DNA from: Candidatus Brocadia sp.
GTDB taxonomy: Bacteria; Planctomycetota; Brocadiia; Brocadiales; Brocadiaceae
Direction: 5' to 3'
NCBI GenBank assembly: GCA_021650915.1
Contig: CP091279.1
Span: 240,001-272,000 of the forward strand
DNA: 32,000 bases
Shown here: in pieces, positions 8,905-16,354 of the stretch
How the letters are laid out: each line of letters starts with the position of its first letter
How positions within the stretch are numbered: the first letter of the stretch is position 1
Notes under the pieces: generated by a model
Database searches by the model: none
The model's input: only the letters and a program-made list of their open reading frames with translations
What the model was told of the DNA's origin: nothing
Translations under genes and position numbers: made by a program

Positions 8905-10953
8905 AGAGCCTGCGCATAAACTAAAAAACAAGCCATGAAAAGGCGGAACTGCATCATGTGTGCATTGACAGAGAAACGGATTTCACTCAAAAGCGAGGTC
9001 AAAGAGAGAGAAAAACGATTCGTCAGAGGACACCAGACCAAATAAGCCGAATTCCAGACGTACCATCCCTCCACACGACGACTCTTTTACGCTGAAAACC
9101 AGATTTAGTTTCTTAACAAGACATGAAACGCAATCATGGTTTTATCCAGGTATGCCTGGAACGAATCGTTTCCCCGCTTCGTGAGCCGATCATCCCCAAA
9201 GTCACACTTCAACCGTTTTATCATCCTTTCCACCGCAGGACGACGGGACATGATGGCCTTGTACCTCTTCGCCATCGGAGGGTCTTTGGGGTCTATGTGT
9301 GGCAAGAGACCAAACGAGATATTGATTATCCTGCCACCGGTAGCATTTGGGCAACAATCCTCTCGATGATAACAAGCGCGACATACCGGCGCATTGTCTG
9401 AATCCTTTGGCGCTTGATAGATAAACTTCTCATGTTCGTATCTCATCCCCTGATATTCCATCTCGTATCCCGCCTTACACACCGGAATACCATACGGTGT
9501 AATCTTGTCTATTCCTCGTGGCAAATCTTCCGTGATCTCCTTTTTCCTTCTTGGATTGAAAGACACCTTTACCTCTATACCCAGATCCTCCCTGAATTTC
9601 TTCTTGATTTCATCACTGTCGCCTGCGCTATCATACAATACCCTTTCTACCGACGGTTGAATCTCCGGATACATCTCAAAGACTTCCTTCACGTGCGGGT
9701 ATAAGGTCATTCCATCAAAGGTCGCCGCATCCTTTATCGCACGCGCATCTAAGGGTATCCCTTGACGGGGATACCCAAGCACACTTGCCTTGTGACCCCA
9801 ATACATCTTTCCCCCGGATTTTACGATTGTCCCCGCCCCATCATCACTCAATCCCCACGAATGACTGCACCCCTGCTTATCTTCGCAACCACACCTCTTG
9901 GTTACCTTTGACTGCGATTTCTTCTGCTCTTTGCCACTCGCATCTTTATATACTACGGTCTCAAAGCCCGAATACGCGTAATAATGGGTCGTGTCTCCCA
10001 CCAACTCATTTTCCTTTCTTATGATCCCACTCGTTATGTTCGCTTTCACCTCTTCCACTTTTATCCTCGCCCATATCCCGCTTTCTCTCATGATCTGGTC
10101 AAACTGCTCCAGCTTCCGAAGGCTTGGTATGTGCTCACTGCAATACTCGTCCCTGACGTGTCTGGGAATAAATCCACATACCCGCGCAAAACTGGGATTG
10201 CTCTTCAATAACCGGTACACCTTTTCCGGCTCGGCGGGAAACCCCATTATCGTTGCACCGATAAAACTCTTCAGCAAAGCAAAAAAACACTTCGGCTTTT
10301 TCCCCCCAAATCGAAATGGCACCTTGCCAGGCGCTATACTCTCCGGAGATACCCCCGATAGCGACAAATCTTCTCTTTTTACCTCGAATAAAACCCCTTC
10401 TCCTCTCTCACCCTCTGCCTGCATGGTTACCCGTGAAAAGAGCAATCTCTGCCGCGCTTCCTCCTTGGTCTCCCTCGCATCTTTCTCCCCCTCAACTCCT
10501 CGCTCTTCTCGCTCCCTGGCCTGCTTCTGGTTAAATTCATGCAGCGCATTATAATAGTCTACTCCAAACCCCACATATCTTTCGTATCGAAAATGGTACA
10601 ATACCTGAAACCACTCCGCATCATCGGTATTCAGCAAATATCTGTCGTCTTCATGAATGATATGGAATAATGGTTTTTGCTGGCTTGTGTTCCTCAATAA
10701 TGGTATCATTTCACTGTGCCCTCCCTTGTATGGTATTTCGAATAGTTTGCCTGATTTATTATACAAGATGGGCACGACTATTTTGTAATTTTTCCCCTCT
10801 TTTCTTCAAATATTTTTTCATCTCCCCTGAAAAACAAGCCTTTTCATGCTGCCGTTCTTGATATCTTTTTGTAGACTTTACAAAATTATTGCCCCGTCCT
10901 ATCGCCTCTTCTCCCTGATTTACAACGAATCTTTTCGCTTATGCGCCAGCTCT
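8905..10953 (-). mobile_element. Insertion sequence (IS4-superfamily type), about 2.05 kb
   Basis: The terminal inverted repeats are AGAGCCTGCGCATAA (8905-8919) and the reverse complement of 10939-10953, AGAGCTGGCGCATAA (13/15 identical). A subterminal CATGAAAAGGC at 8934-8944 is inverted at 10838-10848. The element carries one 556-aa transposase ORF. Confidence 0.75.
9105..10775 (-). CDS. DDE transposase (IS4 superfamily)
   Basis: 556 aa. The C-terminal RRPAVERMIKRLK matches the R-x3-E-x6-K part of the YREK signature. The ORF sits between the IS inverted repeats. Confidence 0.85.
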   Translation of the reverse strand: MPILYNKSGKLFEIPYKGGHSEMIPLLRNTSQQKPLFHIIHEDDRYLLNTDDAEWFQVLYHFRYERYVGFGVDYYNALHEFNQKQAREREERGVEGEKDARETKEEARQRLLFSRVTMQAEGERGEGVLFEVKREDLSLSGVSPESIAPGKVPFRFGGKKPKCFFALLKSFIGATIMGFPAEPEKVYRLLKSNPSFARVCGFIPRHVRDEYCSEHIPSLRKLEQFDQIMRESGIWARIKVEEVKANITSGIIRKENELVGDTTHYYAYSGFETVVYKDASGKEQKKSQSKVTKRCGCEDKQGCSHSWGLSDDGAGTIVKSGGKMYWGHKASVLGYPRQGIPLDARAIKDAATFDGMTLYPHVKEVFEMYPEIQPSVERVLYDSAGDSDEIKKKFREDLGIEVKVSFNPRRKKEITEDLPRGIDKITPYGIPVCKAGYEMEYQGMRYEHEKFIYQAPKDSDNAPVCRACYHREDCCPNATGGRIINISFGLLPHIDPKDPPMAKRYKAIMSRRPAVERMIKRLKCDFGDDRLTKRGNDSFQAYLDKTMIAFHVLLRN

Positions 10954-11107
10954 TTATTCTATAAATGTCAGCATGTTATATTATGCCATATCGGTTGTCA
11001 AACAGAAACCGACTGAATTGTGCTAAAATATTGAAAGTATTTCTATAGCACAATGCTCAATTTATTACTATGTGGAATCTTGATAATTGTTGAGTTCTGT
11101 TATGTCT

Positions 11108-11329
11108 TCATCTTTTGAATACTGCCGCATCCAGATAAAAGGCAGGCGTTGGGAATGTCTTGAGCAACTTTTTCGCACCCATCCTTTCTATGGCAACCAC
11201 GAGGTCTATGTCATGGGTTGATCGCGGTTCACCCTGCAAACTTGAAGCGACAGAACCCGTTGCCATGTATTATATCCCAGAGTCGTCAAGTGTCTGAATG
11301 ACTTTTCTTAGTAGTTCCTGTTGTGGCAT
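11108..11329 (-). pseudogene. Nucleotidyltransferase-fold gene remnant (in-frame TAA, C-terminally truncated)
   Basis: Manual translation from the ATG at 11329 gives MPQQELLRKVIQTLDDSGI*YMATGSVASSLQGEPRSTHDIDLVVAIERMGAKKLLKTFPTPAFYLDAAVFKR*. The GS...G.PR.T.DIDLVV core is typical of minimal NTases. An in-frame stop lies at 11270-11272 and the frame ends after about 73 codons. Confidence 0.6.
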
Positions 11330-11523
11330 TTATTCAGGCGCTCCAGATAGATTTTTTTGATTGCATTGTCCGGTAGCTCAGGAAACCTCTCGCGCAATCC
11401 GTGAAGAAAGAGATCCTTGGAAAATTGGGATAATTCAAATGCCTTAAGCAGTCTCTGCTCAGGTGACATCCGGCGAAGCGCTTGGATGTACAGCTTGTGA
11501 TTCGGGCATTTTTTGCTATTCAT
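11308..11523 (-). CDS. Small hypothetical protein (possible partner of the downstream NTase remnant)
   Basis: 71-aa ORF. Its ATG overlaps the gmm stop (ATGAATAG, 8-nt overlap), and its 3' end overlaps the NTase remnant start by 22 nt. I recognise no family. Confidence 0.5.
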   Translation of the reverse strand: MNSKKCPNHKLYIQALRRMSPEQRLLKAFELSQFSKDLFLHGLRERFPELPDNAIKKIYLERLNKCHNRNY

Positions 11524-12022
11524 CCGTATCAGACAAATTGCGAAGATGTTGATCCGCCATTTTGCCTTGCAGAAAATAGTCTTTTGTATAAGGATGAACT
11601 GCCGTATCTTGAAGAAGGTGTTTTTCTGACATCCATTGGTAATCGCTGTGTTGTATCAATGGCAATGCAGGGTGTTCGGCGAGGAGTTTTATTTCATAGG
11701 CAATGACAATGTAATGGGTCCCAAAGTCTGGCTCGTCGGCAAAGTTTTCTTTGTAGAGATGTTCAAATACTCCGAGGAAACGTGCGTTTTTCAGGTCAAG
11801 AGCTATTCCCACTTCACCCTCAGTAATTCGCCTGAATGCCGCATCAATCTTTTCGTCTTTCCAGATACGACCGCCCGGGACAAACCACGTGCTTTTTGCA
11901 GGACTATGCTTGCGCAAACCTAATAACACTTTATTGCTCTGGTTCCTTACGATCAAGTCCATTGACACCAGCGGCGCGTTCTTTACAATCTCACGAAACT
12001 TTGATTGTTCCAACATGTTCAT
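11516..12022 (-). CDS. gmm: GDP-mannose mannosyl hydrolase (NUDIX family)
   Basis: The sequence FREIVKNAPLVSMDLIVRN...LLGLRKHSPAKSTWFVPGGRIWKDEKIDAAFRRI...THYIVIAY...DYQWM parallels E. coli Gmm/NudD (TPLVSLDFIVEN...[21 protein letters not shown]...THYVVLGF...DYRWL), recalled from memory. Confidence 0.88.
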   Translation of the reverse strand: MNMLEQSKFREIVKNAPLVSMDLIVRNQSNKVLLGLRKHSPAKSTWFVPGGRIWKDEKIDAAFRRITEGEVGIALDLKNARFLGVFEHLYKENFADEPDFGTHYIVIAYEIKLLAEHPALPLIQHSDYQWMSEKHLLQDTAVHPYTKDYFLQGKMADQHLRNLSDTDE

Positions 12023-12250
12023 CTGCCTTTTGTCAGAGATGCCTTTGCTTTGTGAGATACTGTCCCTGTTCTGCTGTATGGCATCAGGGTAAGGAAGAAC
12101 CTTACACCTTGCTCTTGGGATATGTGATAGTGCATTATTTTCTTACCGTATTAGATATTGGTAGAGTAGAAAAAGAGAGACTTGGCTAAAGAAAAAGTCC
12201 TCAAAATATAGTAAAAATAGTTTTGATAAAAGAAATGCAACAATTTAGCT

Positions 12251-12357
12251 CTTTGAAAAATTCTCTCTATGAATAATATTGTCGTGTAGTGGCAGGTTTC
12301 AAGCCTGCCACTACTCGGTATGGTAAATATTATCTTTGTTGGGATTTTTCAAAAAAC
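12251..12357 (-). repeat. Hairpin-centred repeat element, copy B (inverted relative to copy A)
   Basis: The central palindrome GTAGTGGCAGGTTTCAAGCCTGCCACTAC lies at 12286-12314. The reverse complement reads TTTTTGAAAAATCCCAACAAAG ... ACGACAATATTATTCAT, matching the arms of copy A. Perfect 10-bp terminal inverted repeats are TTTGAAAAAT (12252-12261) and ATTTTTCAAA (12344-12353). Confidence 0.6.
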
Positions 12358-12399
12358 AAAATGCTACCCTCAACTCTTTATCGGCAATTTTACTTCTGA

Positions 12400-12750
12400 C
12401 ATTGATATGACCACATGTTTCCGCTGCTGTTTAAATCGTTTTCTCATTCTTGCTCTTTTAGTCGAAAATATTCAATGCCTTTCATAAACCCTTTTCCTCT
12501 GCATCATCCTGTTCTGCCTGGCTTTGGTGTGTTTCCATTCAAGCACTACACAAGCCGAACGCGTAGAATAAATAATGGTATAACTCACGCTCAGAACCTG
12601 CATGACGGTCGATACAGGCACTTTTTTATCCAATGCTAACAAAAGGTGTGTCCGGTTGGTTTCTCTTGCCATGCGCTGCCCCTTTGAGATAAAAGCCATT
12701 AGTGCTGGCTTATCCTCTTTGCTTAGAAGATGTATTTCTGTGTGTCTCAT
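12400..12750 (-). pseudogene. IS630-family transposase N-terminal (HTH) relic
   Basis: The 92-aa ORF starts IHLLSKEDKPALMAFISKGQRMARETNRTHLLLALDKKVPVSTVMQVLSVSYTII, which follows the IS630 N-terminal pattern (L-x-eEr..L..l...g...r...Ra.iLL..d.g.....ia..l.vs..Tv). Downstream the sequence degenerates across frames, and there is no DDE domain. Confidence 0.5.
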
Positions 12751-13245
12751 ACATCTTAATATGTTTCGTTTTAATAAGTCAATAAAGTAGTTGTTGTATT
12801 TTTACTAAAGTACTTTTCAATTCTTCCGATAAATAATCATTGATCAATGAGAATATGGTAATTCGTAAGTATATAGTATTTTAAAAAAGGTTTATTTTGG
12901 TATTAAAATGAACTGAACTCAGATCCTGACGAAGTAACTTTCCTACCTTTGCTTCCATCGTTAGCTCAGGTGAACTACGGGAGGAATAAAGATAAGTCGG
13001 TATGTTTTCGTACCCTCCTTGTGAACTTATGACTCATGATGGCTTACTCCGAAAACAATCAATTGGCCAAGAATAGCCGGAATAATATGTCATTTTAAAA
13101 TACTGACTTTGTAAAGTCAAAAAGTGCCAGAAACCGTTAAATCTCTATATTTAAGTACATAAAGGAGGCAATGAAAATAATCGCGTTGTATTTAATACTG
13201 TAGGAAAGAAATGTAAAAAAACAATTAACAAGGGGAGGATTCATT

Positions 13246-13911
13246 ATGATAAAGAAAAGGAGTGGTGACGGCTTTACATTGATAGAGCTACTGGTTGTGG
13301 TTGCTATTATTGGTATTCTTGCAGGTATTCTTTTGCCAGTATTAGGAAAAGCACGCGAGTCGGCACGCAGGACACAGTGCGCCTCAAACCTGAAACAGAT
13401 CGGTTTGGCGCTTAACATGTATGCAAACGATAACAATGAAGCACTTCCCACAACAGCCGGTACTGATACTGCAGCCGAAGAATTAGAATCACTGGGAAAA
13501 TTATTTGATGTGTATATTACCGATAGAAAGGTCTTCAGGTGTCCGAGTGATACTGGCGTTACCGAAGCCGGTGTGTTACAGTTAACAACGACGAATACTT
13601 CTTTTGATATAGACTCCTGTAGTTATGGTTATGATGATAACCACACGGCAAATAATGACCCAGGAGTAGTTATCGTTGCAGACAGGCGTGGAACCGATAC
13701 GGCAAGTACAGGACTTTCAAACAATCATAGCCATAAAGGACAGAACGTGCTCTTTATCGATGGTCATGTTGAATGGAAAGGTACTGCTACGTGCGGTTAC
13801 TATGGTACCAGTCACGATAACATTTGGACTTTAAGTACTGCTCCAAACACATTCTTAAATTCGGGTCAAACAAATAACGCCCTTGAAACTGATACCGTTA
13901 TAATGCAATAA
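13246..13911 (+). CDS. Prepilin-type N-terminal cleavage/methylation protein with an HX9DG-type C-terminus (type II secretion/pseudopilin-like)
   Basis: It has a class III signal, GDG|[22 protein letters not shown]. The C-terminal [15 protein letters not shown] resembles the H-X9-DG motif family common in Planctomycetes. A strong SD (GGGGAGGA) lies 7 nt upstream of the ATG. Confidence 0.85.
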   Translation: MIKKRSGDGFTLIELLVVVAIIGILAGILLPVLGKARESARRTQCASNLKQIGLALNMYANDNNEALPTTAGTDTAAEELESLGKLFDVYITDRKVFRCPSDTGVTEAGVLQLTTTNTSFDIDSCSYGYDDNHTANNDPGVVIVADRRGTDTASTGLSNNHSHKGQNVLFIDGHVEWKGTATCGYYGTSHDNIWTLSTAPNTFLNSGQTNNALETDTVIMQ

Positions 13912-13963
13912 TCTCTATTTACTTCGATGCTTATTTAAAAGGGTAATATTCTCAGCAAGGATA

Positions 13964-14788
13964 TTACCCTTTTTCTTTTTGTTGTGTAAGCACCTCATTC
14001 ATACTCCCGCTCCGGTAGCCTTCCATATCGATAGTGACATATTTATAACCAATTTCCTTAAATTTTTTAACAAGTTCTTTGCGCTTACCATTCTGCAAGA
14101 GTGCAGGGATATCTTCCGGCAACACCTCAATTCGTGCAATGGTATCGTGATGTCTGACACGAAATTGTCGCAGTCCGATACTCCGCAGATAATTTTCTGC
14201 CGCGGCAACGATCGCCAATTTCTCCTCGGTTATTGCGTTTCCATAAGGAAATCTGGAAGACATGCATGCATAGGGGGGTTTGTCCCAACTGGAAAGTTTC
14301 AGGTATTTCGATATCTCGCGAACATCGGCCTTTCTCAAGCCACTTTCTTTTAAGGGGCTACGTACTTCAAGTTCTTTTGCTGCATCCAGACCCGGTCTGT
14401 ATTCACCTGTATCATCAAGATTCGCTCCATCTGCAACATATTTATAGCCTTTTTCCCGGGCAATCACCTTGAGTTTCCCAAATAATTCCGATTTGCAGAA
14501 ATAGCATCGGTTGGGAGGATTTTGGGCAAATCCGTCAATGCCTAGTTCGCTGGTATCGATGGTTAAATGAGGAATACCAATTTCTTTGGCAATCTTTTTG
14601 GCCTCTTCGTATTCATACTCAGGATACGTCTCTGACCGTGCAGTGACAGCAATGGACTTGTCTCCAAGCACATCATAACATACTTTTGCTACCAGGGAAC
14701 TATCCACACCTCCGGAGAAAGCCACCACCACACTTTCTAAGGCCTTTATCGTGTCTCTCAAATTATTCAGTTTTTCTTCCGTGTTCAT
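13964..14788 (-). CDS. larE: PP-loop ATP-utilising enzyme, LarE-like sulfur transferase family
   Basis: It has the PP-loop AFSGGVDSS, NRCYFCK, and ACMSSRFPYG, and its length and layout are typical of LarE/TIGR00268 proteins. Confidence 0.8.
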   Translation of the reverse strand: MNTEEKLNNLRDTIKALESVVVAFSGGVDSSLVAKVCYDVLGDKSIAVTARSETYPEYEYEEAKKIAKEIGIPHLTIDTSELGIDGFAQNPPNRCYFCKSELFGKLKVIAREKGYKYVADGANLDDTGEYRPGLDAAKELEVRSPLKESGLRKADVREISKYLKLSSWDKPPYACMSSRFPYGNAITEEKLAIVAAAENYLRSIGLRQFRVRHHDTIARIEVLPEDIPALLQNGKRKELVKKFKEIGYKYVTIDMEGYRSGSMNEVLTQQKEKG

Positions 14789-14826
14789 AAGCTTTTGTAT
14801 GCCGTTGGCATTTTTGCGCCGAATTA

Positions 14827-15732
14827 TTATGACAAATCAAGCATTCTTTGGATAGCCGTCCGTGCTTTTACGGCAATGTTATCGGGTACTTGTATCTGGT
14901 AAACGAGATCTTCTAATGACCACAACACCTTTTCAAGACTAATAAGCTTCATATTAGAGCAATCAGCGAGGAGCGAAATGGCATAAAAAGTTTTTTGCGG
15001 ATTCTCTTTTTTCAAACGGTGGAGAATGCCCGTTTCCGTACCAATAATAAATTCTTTTGCATCGGTTTCCTTGCAATACTTGGCAATACCAGTGGTACTG
15101 GCAACATGATCTGCCAAAGCAATAACATCCGGCGTACATTCCGGATGAACGACGATCTTTGCATTCGGATGTTTCGACTTCAAAATAATAATATGTTCTG
15201 ATAATATCCTATGATGGGTAGGGCAGTAGCCTTCCCAAAGTATCATAGGCCTATTTAGCTTGGAAGCTACATAGCCCCCAAGACTCTTATCCGGTATAAA
15301 GATGATTTCCTGATCTTTTGGAAGCGATGATACAATTTTCATTGCATTGGAAGAAGTGCAGCATATGTCGCTCTCTGCTTTTATAGCGGCGGTGCTATTT
15401 ACGTAACAAACGACTTTGGCCTGTGGGTGTTCGCTCTTTTTTATTTTAAGTTGTTTGAGCGTAATCATGTTGGCCATAGGACACCCCGCATGTTCATCGG
15501 GCAATAGTACCATTTTATCAGGACAAAGGATCGACGCCGTTTCCGCCATGAAGTGTACACCACAGAACACAATAATGTCTGCTTTTGTGTTGGCAGCTTG
15601 CTGGGAAAGTCCTAACGAGTCGCCTGTGAAATCGGCAATATCCTGCACATCACCCCTTTGGTAGTTATGCGCAAGGATTACTGCATTTCTTTTTGCTTTT
15701 AAGTCCTTAATTTTTTCTATTATGGTAGACAC
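14827..15732 (-). CDS. nadA: Quinolinate synthase
   Basis: It has ILAHNYQ...VQDIADFTGDSL, FCGVHFMAETA and VHPEC, and is 301 aa with NadA-like sequence along its whole length. Confidence 0.95.
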   Translation of the reverse strand: MSTIIEKIKDLKAKRNAVILAHNYQRGDVQDIADFTGDSLGLSQQAANTKADIIVFCGVHFMAETASILCPDKMVLLPDEHAGCPMANMITLKQLKIKKSEHPQAKVVCYVNSTAAIKAESDICCTSSNAMKIVSSLPKDQEIIFIPDKSLGGYVASKLNRPMILWEGYCPTHHRILSEHIIILKSKHPNAKIVVHPECTPDVIALADHVASTTGIAKYCKETDAKEFIIGTETGILHRLKKENPQKTFYAISLLADCSNMKLISLEKVLWSLEDLVYQIQVPDNIAVKARTAIQRMLDLS

Positions 15733-15984
15733 AAAAAATTACGCTATGCACCTTATTTAAAGATAAATTACCGATAAAATTATCAATTACGAAATGACTT
15801 GGAATGCAATGGTTTTATTAAACAGCCTGCCTCTTGTATCCGATTGTACGCCAGCATGTCAATCTCTCATATTTAGCAAGCGATTTAAGAATTTTATTCT
15901 TTTCTAGGTTAATCATAGCAAAGCATTCGATGTTTTTAAATACTTTTTTATAAATTGTATTAAGTTTCCAAGAGTCATTTTTTC

Positions 15985-16013
15985 TTGACAATAAAAAACC
16001 TATCTGATAGCAT
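15985..16013 (+). promoter_or_regulatory. Candidate sigma70-type promoter upstream of tRNA-Val
   Basis: TTGACA at 15985-15990, a 17-nt spacer, then TAGCAT at 16008-16013. It lies about 70 nt upstream of the tRNA 5' end. This rests on sequence pattern only. Confidence 0.35.
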
Positions 16014-16085
16014 ATTTCAGCCTAAGTATGATGTTTTTAAAGATTTCGGGAGAAGGTTGCGTGTCATTCCATCGCTAAATACTTA

Positions 16086-16162
16086 GGGCGATTAGCTCAG
16101 TTGGCTAGAGCGCTTGCTCGACAAGCAAGAGGTCACTGGTTCGAGCCCAGTATCGCCCACCA
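16086..16162 (+). tRNA. tRNA-Val (anticodon GAC), CCA encoded
   Basis: Manual cloverleaf: acceptor GGGCGAT/ATCGCCC, D arm GCTC-AGTTGGCTA-GAGC, anticodon stem CTTGC/GCAAG with loop TCGACAA, T arm ACTGG-TTCGAGC-CCAGT, discriminator A and CCA. Position 33 is C rather than the usual U. Confidence 0.9.
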
Positions 16163-16354
16163 TAAATTGGTAACCACGTCTCGAGAAATTTCTCTGCAGT
16201 CTTCCAATTACCTTGACTCGTTGATAGCGATCAGAACCACAGGAATATTGTTACTGCATCATGGAAAGTCAGAATACGGTTTATAAGTTAGGGAAAAAGA
16301 GTAGTTTTAAAGCACCTATTACGGGAATTATAACGAAGAATAAAAAAGATTACT

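Noticed and set aside
9991-10554. 187-aa plus-strand ORF inside the IS transposase, plus other short ORFs at 9123-10861.
   Set aside because: These are antisense or overlapping shadows of the 556-aa transposase ORF, and their translations are Ser/Pro/Leu-rich and low in complexity.
16101-16286. 61-aa ORF starting inside the tRNA-Val gene.
   Set aside because: It overlaps a canonical tRNA cloverleaf and has no SD, so it is an artefact of ORF calling.
16163-16354. T-box or other leader upstream of thrS.
   Set aside because: I could not find a specifier-loop/terminator arrangement or a T-box consensus (AGGGUGGNACCGCG-like) in the 190-nt spacer.
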